In this document: positions 27,101 through 41,436 of the stretch, piece after piece
Position numbering within the stretch: position 1 is the stretch's first letter
How the letters are laid out: every line of letters begins with the position of its first letter
Notes under the pieces: generated by a model
What the model was told of the DNA's origin: nothing
What the model saw: only the letters and a program-made list of their open reading frames with translations
Database searches by the model: none
DNA from: Trichoplax adhaerens
Taxonomy: Eukaryota > Animalia > Placozoa
DNA: 64,000 nt
NCBI RefSeq assembly: GCF_000150275.1
Contig: NW_002060946.1
Coordinates: forward strand, 5,227,454-5,291,453
Direction: 5' to 3'
Program-made: the position numbers and the translations under genes

Positions 27101-28873
27101 AATAAAAGTTTAATATGCCTTCTTAATCTTATTTCACTAGACGTTAAAAGTACTGAGGAAATAGAGAGTGAAAGTGCAGAAAAACAACAGTGGGGTAAGA
27201 AATCAATGGAAGATGAAAACAAGTCTATACTCATCAACACGAATCTCTTGCAGGTGCATAAACCTTAATTTTCTGTTGCCAAAACAGTGCGCTCTTCATA
27301 TGCTTGCTTGTAAATGTTCGCACTACAAATTGCGACTGTCGACGATGCTGACGTTGCTATATTTATACATTCCTTAGGATATCATGAATGATAACTCGCC
27401 TTCCAATGATATCCAGGTTAGCTAGTTTTGACCTTCTTTAATTACTTGAGATTTTAAAGAATGGGACTCAATTTTAGGACGTCTTATTTCCAAGTGTAAC
27501 ATTTTTATTGCTTTACTCATTGCAGAATGAGAACCATGAAAGTACTCGCAATGTACAAGTAATGGACACAAGCAAAAAAGTAGATAATATTACACCAGAT
27601 CTTAGGAACCAACAACATATCCCACCAAAGCTTAACCGTCAAAACCTAACGACAGGTTTGTTTTTTTTGCGTACTTGTAAAACTTGCGTAAATTAACCTT
27701 CGCTACCAATCTATCTTTCAGGTAGCAAAAAATTCGATATGAGTAAAAAGTATAGTAACATCCCTCAAGAATTGGAAGAGGTAACAGTTCCTGAGTCAGC
27801 CAACCCTGTCAATGAAATAGTGCATATAACAAATTTGGTTAGACCGTTTACATTGGTACAGTTAAAGGAGATACTTCGAGAATACGGAACTATTAAAGAG
27901 GATGAGTTTTGGATTGATAATATTCGTTCTAGGTGTATGGTTAAGGTATGTCTTCACAATTCTATCCAATAGTACTAAAGATTTGTGGTCCATTGCATAA
28001 ATCTATGAGTTGTAATAATGATTGTAACCATCTTGGGCTCTTTTATAGTACTCTTCTACGGAAGAGGCTACAAGTGCTAGAAACAACTTATATGGTAAGA
28101 GATGGCCATCCACCAGCCCAAAGAGGCTGACAGTTGAATTCTCAAATCAAGAAGAGGTATAGAAATGAAATCGTATTATTACGAGTACTATATGTAGCGA
28201 TAAAATTGTACCATCTGTCTATCCTGAACTGATCAATTTGCGTATATTTCCATGTGATTAGATGGATAGAGCACGGGGTATCCTAGCCGAAGAGGTCATG
28301 GAAGTTGAACCTGCTCCGACAAATACGCAAGAGTCGTTAGGTCCTGATAACGAAGACATAGGTAGTGTTGTGACTTCGGTTAAATCGACAGTGTAGATAT
28401 AATCTCATAACAGGCCTACTTATCCAATTGCGTACAGCAGAAGATGACAGAAATAAGGATAATGAAACTGATGCACCCATTAATGTTTTGGACGAATTAT
28501 TTCGAAAAACGGAGACTTCTCCTCACATATATTGGCTCCCGTTGTCGGAAGAAGAGGTAATCACCCGTAAACTGTACAGCTTATTCATGCTCTGCTTACG
28601 TTTATTAATTGATTGAACTTGCTTTAATAATTCCTTTCAATTTCGATTTCATAGGCCGGTAAAGTAAGGACTACTTTAGTTTCTGGAAGTGAGACACGCC
28701 AGGGTATAGAATTCCTACCAGGATCACGCACTCGTAGATCCGTAGAGCGACGCAACAATGAGAGAAGACGACGATCTAGATCGAGATCTAATCCACGTAG
28801 AGATTACACCATTAATTCAAAAGATACCTCGCGTTTCAATAATCGATCACGCTATTATAGTAGCCGTCGTTAA
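24143..28873 (+). CDS. ACIN1: Acinus (apoptotic chromatin condensation inducer; ASAP complex), ~14 exons
   Basis: Exon 1 encodes SAP domain [28 protein letters not shown]. The Acinus RRM reads [19 protein letters not shown]...[10 protein letters not shown] and [21 protein letters not shown] motif [19 protein letters not shown] is followed by an RS-rich tail ending TAA 28871-28873. Confidence 0.94.
24373..24668. repeat. ~130-bp tandem repeat (2+ copies) in ACIN1 intron 1
   Basis: acattgtaatcttccttagcaagatgcgattcaaatc occurs at 24373 and ~24504, with a partial copy at ~24636. Confidence 0.85.
25650..26512. repeat. Intronic minisatellite, ~110-118 bp unit, ~8 copies (ACIN1)
   Basis: Recurring ttgcttatctgctaatagaatagcagtaaaatagcttagttcacgtactacgag. 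Confidence 0.95.
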
Positions 28874-29670
28874 ACCCTTCCTATATTTGTAATGTTGCGA
28901 TTGAAATTGTACTATTTGGTTTGCATTTTGTACTTGCATCAGTATTGCCATCGATACGAATATGTCTTGTCTTTCTAAGATATCCTTTAAATTAATTTTG
29001 AAACTTAACTAAATCTCATCGTAATTTTTAGTAAATTGTTAAAATTTACTATGATCAGTCAATATTGTACATTAGTTATAGATCGTTTTACACCATAACA
29101 ATATCAAAAAAGATATAAAAAGGCTGACAAATTGACATGATGAAAATTACTTTCTATCTTTCTTGAGATATTCAGATTTTCTAGCTACAGTGATTGTGAT
29201 CATCATAGGACAGGATATACTAGCTACAGTGATTTGATCATAATGAACAGAAACATATCTAGATACCTCTGGTAACATGATTCTGTTGCATTACAAATAT
29301 CAGTACAATCTATCAGTTGGACTTATAAAAGATGTAGTCGTACTCTGTAAATTAAGTTCAATGGTCAAGTTTACACTGCTTTTTACGTGTACAGTAGACA
29401 AAGCTTAGTATCAACGCATGAATAAGTATATCATGGCATCATGAACAAAAATACTCTTTGTCGGTTTACAGTATGCAGGTTATATATACATGCTGTATAA
29501 ACAATATATAGTGCTAGATTAAGTCACTATCCATATGTCGTTCTTCATTAATTATAGACGAATAGAGAAAATATTCTAATAACTTCCTGTTGTGTAGTTT
29601 AACAGCATGATATAATACATAAATTCATTGGAAAATTATATTGTTGTAGTAATGTATTGCCTTGAAATTG

Positions 29671-32600
29671 TTATTTTACGATCGGGAGTTCAATAGGTAA
29701 AGTAGTCACGTAGCCTAAAGCAGCTTGCAATGACGTTAAACAGTATCCTTCTTCATTCATCAAGTAGCTAGAAAAAATGCAATTAAGACCGTTATCATAT
29801 CTTGCTATTTACAACGGGCTCTATGGCTAATATCAATCTGGCGCTCTATTCCTCTAATTCTTTTCCCTCAGAACATACCTATCATCAATCAGTTCTTCCA
29901 TAATGGTACTTTCAGATAATATTAACGGATTGGCAGCTTTGATGATCACAAAGCTTAATATAGGAAGAAGATCATCACATCCCCTATATGGTAATGCAAA
30001 ATAACGGCGTTTTTAAGTAGTTGACGTGAGAAAAAGTTATAAAGAAAGAAAGCAAGCCAAATCCCATTACAAGGCATAACGTATTCTATACAGTCCGCAC
30101 GTACATATTAGACGTAGCAGGAGTTTTCCTTCCTTTCCCTTTAGCTGGGCGGTTGAATTCGTCAACCGCTTCAAAAATTGCTCGAACTGTTCGAACTGCA
30201 AATATAGAATAGTTCTGTTATTCTTAATTTTTAGAAGCGAAACAAAATATTAACAAATGAAGGACGGCAAGCTGTAGATAGTTAAAGTCTTTGTTCCCAC
30301 TTTAAGTCAGATAACAGCTTTCTCGTCGGCAATGTTAGCAATAAACCAAATCAATTACTCTCCTATTCGTAACATCCGTGTATAATGACTACCAGATATT
30401 TATGTTACCTAAGCACCGTAACTTCTTAGATGGGCTGGTCAGTGTAGTTAATTTCGATAGATTTTCAATTGCCTTTATGTAGGGTATCGTGTTGCGTGTT
30501 TCGTCCTATAGAAAATTATTCCTTAGTCACTACAAGAAATACTTAACAACAAAATATAGACTTGTACTTTAACATTATAAAATTGGTCATTTCTGCATTT
30601 ACCTTCAAACAAAATTTAACCGGTACACCTAATTCCTGAGGCTGTTTCGTAGCATAAGAGCGTAATATTTCCGCAAATTCTTTTTCACGGTTGCTATTGG
30701 TTTGCCTGTGTAAAAAGGATATAGATTTAACGTAGAATTTCCTACCTACGGCATCTCATGAGGACAGTTTGATACAGCGATATCTAATTTCTTGTATAAC
30801 TATCCTTACCTTAAAACAGAGACAAGTTCAGTTACAATACTGCCGTAAAAGGGTGACTCGAGACTTTCAGAGCAATAACTACGACCGTTAGGCGTATTTA
30901 GTTCTTCGCAAGCGATGATAAACATAGATCTCAATTTGCCTAAACAGAAAGGACGGAGTTTAGTAGTCCCGCAAGAATGCTACAAAATAATTTTAGAGTC
31001 AATCATCAGAGCAATTCCATCTCGTACAGAAGTACTAAACATTAGTCATACCAAAATATAACTGAATTTCTCGACATAGCTTGGCTAATTTTTTACTAAA
31101 TTCAGAGACCAAATTATCTATGGAATTAATGGCATTCAGTTTATCACTGGATGTTAAACTGCCGTCGTTGCTACCATCGCTAAGATTATTCCCTTCTTCG
31201 CTACCCCCTTGACAATCACCACAGCCTAAATAAATAATTAATCAGAATCAAAAATCAGAGCCATCATAATCCGAAAAATTCCATTCATTCATTCTGCTTA
31301 AAGACCATTAATTCATTTTTAAGTAATTCACATCCTAGCACAATTTAGCATTTTCATCATAACATTTGCAATAACGATGTCAATAATGCTAGTATTTATG
31401 AGGTGTTAAAACTTGCCATCAGAATTTAAATCGGGTCCTTCAGCTGAATTAGCAGAGTTGATCGTAAGTGCTAGTTTATCTATTTCGGCTAATTTGGTAT
31501 TAACTGATTCATGATAATCAGCCATCAACCTTGTTAAAGGATGATCCTTGTAGCTAATAACAATGAAGATGATACATTTATAACACTACTTGCAAGGTGC
31601 ACCTAATCGTGTTATGATTGAATTCTACACGCACGCACTTCAGTATAACATTTATTTGCTTTTCGATAACATGGGCATCATTTGGGGTTGCTTTTAGTTT
31701 AGCATGTACACTTGCGGTCCATTCCTGCCGTTAACAAATAATTAATACATTACTAACTAAAGCCTTCAAAAATTAAATCCAATAAGGCTTTCAAACACGT
31801 TATTTTCGCTTCAATAATAATCGCAAGATAGGTTATTACATCAGAAGAGTTGAACTACTAGTAATGCAGACTATCGAATCTAACCAACAGAAGAACAGGG
31901 CAAGAAAGTACAAAAGTAGACCAATCGAGTGTACTAATAGTTAAATGTTGCAGAAATGGCATTCCTATAATTTATAGTCCCTACTCTACACTTTCAAGGA
32001 ATCGGTGATTAATTATACTTACATTTCCTTTCTCAAACTGCCAAACTGATATAAGTAGCTGTCGCTTTTCGTCTTCGCTAACCGATAACGCCGCAGTAGA
32101 TGCAACACGCCTACAAAAGAGATTTATAATCAAAATGCATGAAATTGAAGGTAATATTACAAGCAATGAAGAAAATAAAAGAAAGTTTATATTAATATTG
32201 ATATTGCATCACAAACTACCATTATATAGGCACATTTCAGCGTTGTCAAGACAAACCTATCAAGTTCTCTTTTTAGTTTACTCTGTCTTTCTTGCATGGT
32301 AGCGATCAACTAAATAAAAAGATTATAGCATTAAGTTATAAAATTATAAATGAAAGCATGTACAACAGAACTATAGCTACGAGTTTTGAACTTTTAATGC
32401 ATGATACAATATTGAAAAAAGATTAAGGCTAAGGTAAAGATTTTCACCTGCTTCTGTTTGGTTTCGATAATAGCTAAGTTTGCCAAAAGTTGGCGGTTCA
32501 TTCTCAATCTCTAAATGAAGATAATAAATGTACTACAAATGAACTTACTGAAATAATCATATCAAAGACTGCAATAATTAATTTTTAATACAGTGCAGAA

Positions 32601-34910
32601 TTCACACTTTTTAGTGCTTTACATCAATAATTGCGCAATTTCCATTGCTACAGTACTATGGTGATTGATCAAAAGAATCTATAAAATTTTGATAGATTCT
32701 CGTCATTCATAAACATCTCTAGTACAATTTTTTAAGATAGAAGGAACTACGCGCATGTCCATGGAAATAATTCAAATCCAGGAAAGTATGAAATAACTTT
32801 GAAACCTACCAAGAGTATTGCCGTCATATTTTGGATGTTAGAACTAATTCACAATCTATAAGCAGATTTACTACATGCACTTGAATAACGAACGTTTCCT
32901 ATAAACTACAATTCTAGCATGCAAAACATTTATACTATCTATCATAGTAGTGCAAAGTGAATTAGATTTACATTAACATCCTCTGTACACTAGAACTGCT
33001 CTATCTCCATCCATGTACTTCCTACTAAAGTATACAGCGATGCTGAATCGATCGCGTCGAAAAGAATATAATTGAAAAAATTATATTTACATTTAGGTAA
33101 CTGCCTCACTGATAGAAAGGATTATTTCTTGCTATATATGGTGGATGGAAATCAAAGTAGGGCGATCCTTATAACTGGTAATACTATCATGCATTTCTAC
33201 GATCTTACAGTAAGAGTAATACAATATTCGATCATGATTGCAAACAAGAAAGGCCTGAACAGCTAAATGGGGACTTGACACTTTGCAATTGTCCACATGA
33301 TCAATTGCCATCACGCTATTCTTGCATCATATAATAACTGGCGTTATTGCATTCAATATGAGTAATAGTCACCGATTTTATAATAGTAATGAAGGTGTTA
33401 TATTTTACCACATTTGGAGGCTGCGGAGTGTTGTTAACAACTTCGAGTTTTTGCCGATATAAAGAGATGATGGATTCATTAATTTTCAGCTTTTTGGTCA
33501 ACGAATCGGTTTCCTGCCTGTAACAGTATTCAAGAATATATCATTGTGCCGACTGTTTTATGATAGCATGAACATCCTTGAGATTTTGTACATCTTTTGC
33601 AAATGATAGATTTCATTAATTAAGACTAGGTCAACGCCATGCTTACTATACTGTATATATATATATACTAGGGTCAAGAATAAACCATTCAAGCCACGAG
33701 AACGTGATTGTCATAAGAGGTTACAAATATACGCAACTTAGCTATTGCATTTATTCATCACGTTGATCATGTTGTGAAATTATTAATTCTACCTGAAGTA
33801 ATCATCGAAAGATACCATATTTTCGGATGAATTTGATTTACAGTTCGCTAGGGTATGGTCAGTTTGATTTGTATTAAAATGCTGCTGCTGTAATGGTGAT
33901 GCAGGAGGTTGATTGGATTCATCTTCAGTTGGGCTATGAACACTTATCCGCATGAGAATCTTGGCTATCAATTCTATCGCGATTTTGTTGCTGCTGGCTT
34001 GGACTAGATTGAGAATCTTCTGATTTGTCATCTTTACCTAAGTGATAAAAGACGGCATCAGTGATACAGAGATCATCATCAATTGCAGTTTCACCTTGGA
34101 AAAGTAAGAATCATCGTGTTACAACAGACTCGACTAAGAATTTGATCTAATTATATACTCTTCGTAGATTAATTAGTACTGCATTCTGCAGGTTATTCCT
34201 CTTTGTACGAAATGGTTCTAATTCCTGTGGCATTATTATACGAGTAGGATTTATACCAATTTTACCAGATTCTAAAATTGCAGCAGATCGTTCAACACAT
34301 TGTTTCAGTAGGTTCAATAGCCTTTCATTGGTTCCTGTTCTGATCTCATTCAAGTCTATAAGCCAAGTCCGATCATTATCACAACATATTGAGTTTGTGC
34401 TATTCTTATTGATCGTTTTGATTATTATTATTTTTGACTCTCACTACCACAGAATGCAATTTGTGCTCTTACTTTTATTAGCAGAATTTCCTTGAACAAT
34501 TCCAATAATAGAGTCAGCACAAGTCAGATATTGAGTAAAAGCTTGCTATAACGTATGAATAGGATTCCATTTGAAAGTTCACGTTTATCCAATTGGAGAA
34601 ACAATAAAATATAAATCAATGTTGGATGGATAAAGTGGAAACTAACACCCATTACAAGACCGAGCGATCGCAAATGATCAATCCTCCATTACAATCGAAG
34701 ATGGGAGAATTGTCTCTCTATTGAAAGTAGTACAATCTACCATCTATTCTACGGTGCAAGATGAACCTCTATCATTTAGTTACCCTTCGCTCACGACTTG
34801 TACAGTAGACTTACCCTAAATTGGTTATTTGCATCCAATTCGAAGGCCTTTTTAATATCGTTCCGGATAGCTATCATCCGGTTGCTACTCGGCGATTGAA
34901 TCCACGACAT
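29671..34910 (-). CDS. VPS9D1: VPS9 domain-containing protein 1 (MIT-like N-terminus, Rab5-family GEF domain)
   Basis: Starts MSWIQSPSSNRMIAIRNDIKKAFELDANNQ/QAFTQYLTC. C-terminal exons encode GCDDLLPILSFVIIKA...EELIDDR/YLLDEEGYCLTSLQAALGYV, matching the VPS9D1 signature. Stop TAA at 29673-29671. Confidence 0.9.
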
Positions 34911-35394
34911 GATTATTTACACTATAAAATCATTCGTTTCAACACCAAAAATGATCGCTGTCTTATTCCACCGTAGCCAAAGGCTATTGAGGATTCTATC
35001 GCTAAAATTGTTCACCACTGTAGACTTTCAAAGCGCCTTTTCCACTTCTAAATAGTAAAGGAATGTGCTGGAATGCTTAATTGAAATTTGCATTTGATTT
35101 GATTTTACGATAGTCGCATTGGCAATGGTGAGTCCATATCGACAATAGTACCGAGTTTGATACGACCCAATACAATATATGCTACAGTATGAGAAAGAGG
35201 ACCCTAAATGGATTCATCATTTTCAATGCTGAGAGCTAGGTGTGGCCGCGTGCAGCTGCGTAGTATACTATATTGTACAACACCCTGCAGCCTCCCCGTT
35301 GTTAACCGATGCAATAAATAAATTAAATTAAATTAAATTATATGTAAATTGCCATTAAATGGAGTGATGGCTGTAGCGAACACAGACACCAGCT

Positions 35395-36605
35395 GTAATC
35401 TGGTGGTAGTCTGTATTAATCTTGCTATAATCGATGGTACCCATTACTTATGAAAGGAAAATTGAGCTAGTTGATCTTCTTTAATTACGCAAACACCAAC
35501 TCATCTTAATTAAAGTGGCAGGAGCTCAATTCATTGCAAAACACGAACTCATTTTAGCTAAAGTGACAGGAGCTCAATTAATTGCAATCTGGTGGTAGCC
35601 ATTATTAATCTTGCTATGATCGATGGTACCCATTACTTATGAGAGGAAATTGAGCAAGTTGATCTGCTTTAATTACGCAAACACCAACTCTTAATCAGAG
35701 CGATAGGAGCTCAATTAATTGCAATCTGGTGGTAGCCATTATTAATCTTGCTATAATCGGTGGTACCCATTACTTATGAGAGGAAAAATTGAGCAAATTG
35801 ATCTGCTTTAATTACGCAAACACCAACTCATCTTAATCAGAGTGATAGGAGCTCAATTAATTGCAATCTGGTGGTAGCCGTTATTAATCTTGCTATAATC
35901 GATGGTACCCATTACTGATGAGAGGAAAAATTGAGCAAGTTGATCTGCTTTAATTACGCAAACACCAACTCATCTTAATCAGAGTGATAGGAGCTCAATT
36001 AATTGCAATCTGGTGGTAGCCGTTATTGATCTTGCTATAATCGATGGTATCCATTACTTATGAGAGGAAAAATGGAGTTAGTTGATCTGCTTTAATTACG
36101 TAAACACCAACTCATCTTAATTAAAGTGACAGGAGCTCAATTAATTGCAATCTGGGTGGTAGCCATTATTAATCTTGCTATAATCGATGGTATCCATTAC
36201 TTATGAGAGGAAAAATGGAGTTAGTTGATCTGCTTTAATTACGCAAACACTAACTCATCTCTATTAAAGCGACAGGAGCTCAATTAATTACGTCTATATT
36301 TCTATTAAATAGAGTAATGACTGCAACACCACTGCGATCTGGTGGTGGTAGTCATTGTTAGTACTGTATTACTATAATCGATGATACTCATTCCTTATGA
36401 GAGAAAAATTGAGTAAATTGATCTCCCTTAATAATGAAGCGAACACTAACCGATGCTAAAAGAGACGGTCTTAAGAGCTCATACCCGAGTAGTAGTCTTT
36501 ATTAATATTGCCATGATTATAATTAATCGATAGTACCTATTATAGTACTTATAGGAGGAAAATTAGGTAAGTAATCTCCTTTCATTACGCAAACACCAAC
36601 TCATT
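35395..36605. repeat. Intergenic tandem repeat, ~142-bp unit, ~6 good and 2 degenerate copies
   Basis: gcaatctggtggtagcc...aggagctcaattaatt starts at ~35584, 35721, 35863, 36005 and 36147. Confidence 0.95.
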
Positions 36606-37055
36606 TAAAAGAGACGGTCTAAAGAGCTCATCCTGGACCTGGACTACCCCAGTGATTCTCATCTAAAATCATACTTTGTAAGAATAGATTGTATTGCTAG
36701 GCTCTTACACAAGCCCATAGGAGTATACAAATGTGTACATATTCCGTTTTATAACGGATTTCAAGGAGAACATTTTTTCATCCAAATATTGTAGATCTGA
36801 TTCAGTGAAGAGTATCTATAACTTGCAAAGATATACACAGATATTCTAGTACCGGTGATATGTGAAATACTGCATCATGCATACAGACACCGTTGCCAGT
36901 GGTTAGGCCTTACACGATATACTATGGTACACAAAGAATGATAATGGCGATTATTTATTTACAAACCAAGATCGTTAAACATACTTGTAGTTCGTACATA
37001 GACGTATGAAATAGGCATTAGTGTCCATCAACAATGCAGTAAGGACTTTCCTAAT

Positions 37056-40000
37056 TTAATTGCCTCCAAGTGTTTGTCCTGTACCCCACCTATGGCCCCG
37101 AAAGCCTTGGCCTTCATTTTCGGGTCTGCGACTGGCAGGTGGAACACCAAAACCACTAACACCACCGCGCCTACTAGGAAAATATCGATACCTACAAAAA
37201 AAAGAGGAATGATTAGAAACGTTTGCATTTAAAAAGCATGTCTAGAGTAAAAATTGTAATATCTAATCCAATCATACAGAAATGACGGTGTTCCTATGAG
37301 TTGACGTCCACCGTATTCTTGCGGGTACTTGAAGACAAGGAAGAAATAAACGTGGCCAACAAAAATTCCGATTAGTTCATCTTTACCGCTGAAAGAGTAT
37401 AATAAGAACGTTACAGATTAGTCATGGAACACTATCACAACATTGAAGTGATATTGTACAATCAATGTAGTCCTTACGATCCCCTGATGACGATGTTAAA
37501 TATAGCAAATACCCATGGCAAGTACATCGCCTAATTTATGAAACATTTCGATAGTGCAAAATAAGTACAAGTAAGGTTGAAAGTTTTTCTAGATATATAC
37601 AATATTAGCAACCTTAAATTGAGTGCCAAAGAAGAATTGCACAATTACATCTCGATTCACTTGACACCACACATAAAGGACGCTTAAGACCATTGGAGTC
37701 ATCAGTAACTATAATTTCCAGGATGGATTTAATTAAATTATACATGTTGTAATAATTCAATAACATCACAGAAGAGCAGTTAACATTAGTAATTTCGATG
37801 CCAACTAGAAGCGATTTATTCTACTACATCAAGGATGCACAAGTAACCAAAACATTTTATATTAAAGCGATTTTGCAGTATAGTATAAATTAGGATAAGG
37901 GGTAACTTACGTAAACGTTAAGTACAAAGCCAACAATCTGCAACAAATAAAATGAAAAAGTCAATCGTTGCCAAAATACACCAAACCATGCGCAACGAGT
38001 GTGACTCGGAAAAGTATAAAATATAACGCGCAATAGACATTATACTATAGTAAATCGATTCTAATATCATCAAGGTTTTATTTGGTACACTGTAAAGAAC
38101 ACTATGGCGCTACTACTCCTGGTCACTCTTTAGATAGAATTTACTGCATTTAAAAGACCATTTTATAGTGATTGGTATAAATAACCTGCATTGCTTGGTA
38201 AACTGTAGAGTAAATCGATCATTGTCATACTTATACTATTGAAGTGTACGTATTCGATAAAATCATCACCGTAATCATCATGATCAACTTACAATCAGAG
38301 TTAGCCAGCAAAATATTAACATAAAAATGAAGTCTGCAGGACGGCCATCAAATAGACCTTAAAATGAAATAAAAAATGCAATGCATTACATATAATAAGG
38401 TTCATTTTCTGTTATTTCTAAATCGAGATTCTCTTGTATGCTAATACGATGAAGTAGAAGCTAATGTACAGCAAGGAATAAAGTTAAGACTTGACATTAA
38501 TCCATGCTGCCTACCATTATGACAAAGAATAAAATAATTGAATCATTATCTGACTGATCAATACTACTGGACGAGCATAATAATAACCTCTAAGCGCTTA
38601 GCATAATTTATTGAACGGTAAGACTTTACATCATACTCCAAAGCAAATCGACTACTTCCCATCAAACATTCACATCGTCAATGTTACCATGCAGTAAATA
38701 CGATCATACTGTACAGTATATGGTTATACTTTACATCACTTTGGAACTTATTGTTGCAGTACCTGTTTCTAATCGGATAGAATAGCTATAAAGGAAGTAT
38801 AAGTTAATTAAATATTGAAATCCTGTCATTGGATTGATAGGAAAGAAGAACAAGGCGGTCAACAATCTCCATATCTATAAAAAATAGAGAATGAGTAAAA
38901 TTCATCACAATCGGTTACTAGATACCTAAACGTATAGTAATTTGTCAAATTTATACATCATAACTGAACAAATTGGTATTTTCTGGTGTGTTGTAACGTG
39001 CACATAAACAGCCATTAGTTATAAAGCTTACTAAGTACAATAATTACAACAGATCAACACAGTAGAAATTCATGAAATTACTGTTCCAAATTGCAATTTC
39101 TCATCACGCGATGTTGGTCAACCCGTCAATTTATATAAAAATCATAACTGACTCATCGTGACAACATCAACACCCATTCTATACAGTATATAAATGTATT
39201 ACTAAGCTAAACTATATCATCATTATAATACTGTACGTCGATGGGTACAGCAGAACTTTTGAAATTGCTACTCCAAATGGTCAAATTGCAATTTGTCCTG
39301 GCAAGATCTTGTCTTGGTCAACAAGTTAATTTGCATAAAATCATACTGTCTTTACACCGCCAACTAGAACTAGTAATCGATCCTTGTGATAAAAAAGCAC
39401 AAGCTTGTTACTACACTACTGAATTTTTCAGAAGATGAGGCTAGCAGCATGATTTATAGTATGTCTTCTATGGCCTACATAAAATTCTCATGAATTGCAA
39501 CATTGTAGAGGTAATTTTATGTTTCTTATTTGATGCTCTGATGTCGACACAGTATGGCACTGAATGAAAGTATGTCTTGGATTGTTCACCATCCCTGAAA
39601 TGTACGATCGACAACAGGATAGTTCTTGATTGGCGAGATCATTTCAAAGACGCGTTGGATTGCATAATCTCCATTGACTCTATTGCGATAGGAAATCAAT
39701 CTTGACTTTCTATCATTTAAAGTATTTAGAAAACATGTTGTAGACTTTCATCATGTCCATGGAATAAAGTCATACTGTCGATGGCACTACGCCGTAAGAT
39801 ACTGTCTGTCATGACACTGTACGTATTGCTTAAGGAAGACTTTTCAAATCATCCTGTCCACTGGAAAATGGACTGTACTTATACTACCGCCATTGCTAGC
39901 ACTTTCTATCTCCAGATACATCATTCATATGGTGTGCGGATGGATGATGCCAATGTACTATCGTTGAAATCAATTTGCCTTTTCGGTGTAACATGATCAT

Positions 40001-40405
40001 GAGAAGATAGACTATGCTGTTAATGCGATGTCAATCGCAGGAGAAGATGTCATTCTGCTAGGCTTTTGCCAGTTGAGTGGCGTTGTGCAATGAAATGATG
40101 AAAACTACTGCTTCATTTTGATCAACTTTGTCGCTTCTCTCCCAAAGGCATCGCTACTTGTCTCTAGTCTGAAGTCAACTAAAGGTGAAATCAAACAGGC
40201 AAAGCTGCGTTGCAAGATGACAAAGTCATTTGTCTTTCCCTACCTGAAATTTATAAGCAACTTCCGACCATATCAGGAGAAAATACATCGGGTTGATGAT
40301 CTTTAACCAACCAATCATGGGCAAAATTACCGACATGGTAAACCACTGCTTGGTTATAAATGGGATATTCTTATACCAATCACCAATATCGCTTTCTCCA
40401 GCCAT
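37056..40405 (-). CDS. DERL1: Derlin-1 (ERAD), 8 exons
   Basis: Exons 40405-40244, 38874-38763, 38357-38293, 37937-37911, 37708-37613, 37530-37478, 37388-37278 and 37191-37056 splice in frame. They encode SDIGDWYKNIP, FQ/IWR, FDGRPADF, YLPWV, GIFVGHVYFF and C-terminal SHP box HRWGTGQTLG. Confidence 0.96.
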
Positions 40406-41076
40406 ACTTGTCAATTTAAAATTAGAAATCCACTGCAACGAAGAAGAAAGAGTTAATGATAGAATGGATGCAGTCAAGCCAATGGATTTGCCAAGTCTAA
40501 GATCAAACTAGGATGGAAAGTTCCACGTCGCTCTTTATACTGCAGTCCTGCTTTTCCCCCATCCATTCTGTCTGGCAGTCTGTAGCTTTCCTTTGACCAC
40601 TAAGTCAATCCCCTAGTCCAGAGTCCTGTCGGCGTTTCCACTTGTGAGTGGAAACGGTGAGTTGGAGTATCACCAGTCTTTATTAGGGCCATACTATACA
40701 CTAGCATACTCTACTCAGATCCTATCGGATAGAATACTTTCCTTCTTAATCATGCTGTGGAGTGAAAATTTGATGTTGGATAGGAATTTTGCTCTTTTCA
40801 AATGGTCGCTGACTTGCCGTACAGGCATTTGACTTGAGCGTTCTTTAGTATGCGATATACAACCGTAATTACGGTAGTATAATTCTAATGATACGCACTA
40901 TGTTTTGCGTACCTACACTATACAGCTCGGTACTGTACCAGGACCGAGATTATTGCCTCGATGCTACTATAGGGATCGAGAAATTAGAACGTTTTTCTAT
41001 GGATGGCATCGTTAATAGCCAAGACAACACCGATTCATTCTACTTATACAAAATCTACCTCTTTACGCTCAGGTAT

Positions 41077-41148
41077 GCGTTGGTGGTGTAGTGGTTAGCA
41101 TAGTTGCCTTCCAAGCAGTTGACCCGGGTTCGATTCCCGGCCAACGCA
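41077..41148 (+). tRNA. tRNA-Gly (anticodon TCC)
   Basis: GCGTTGG acceptor stem pairs with CCAACGC. A-box TAGTGG, anticodon loop CTTCCAA and B-box GGTTCGATTCC are present; length 72 nt. Confidence 0.97.
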
Positions 41149-41155
41149 CGCTATC

Positions 41156-41160
41156 TTTTT
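41156..41160 (+). terminator. Pol III oligo-T terminator of tRNA-Gly
   Basis: T5 run a few nt downstream of the tRNA 3' end. Confidence 0.7.
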
Positions 41161-41436
41161 AGCAATTTTGGAGAGGAGCATTTTTTTTAGGCTTGCCATT
41201 TTCACTAACAAGTAACAACCATAGCGAATGCTTTCTTCATCATTTTCGTCATTTTAGTGTTCTTACCTGCTACATTTGAAGTCATTAAGAGATCAATAGG
41301 CATTGCACTGTATCGTATCTGTTACAGTATAGCATGGACTAGAAGCCGAGGGCTCACCTTTGAATGCAGTGCTGGGGAAAATGACGTCATGATTGACGTT
41401 GGTAACTCAGGAGTTGCAAGTTGACGTTGACAATGA

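Noticed and set aside
30712-30724. ATATCCTTT on the minus strand as a U12 AT-AC donor in VPS9D1
   Set aside because: It lies in the polypyrimidine tract just before a normal CAG acceptor, not at an exon end.
35915-35930. CTGATGA-gag-GAAA hammerhead-like core in the 142-bp repeat
   Set aside because: Only one unit has CTGATGA (the others have CTTATGA). There is no helix II and no convincing helix I/III pairing.
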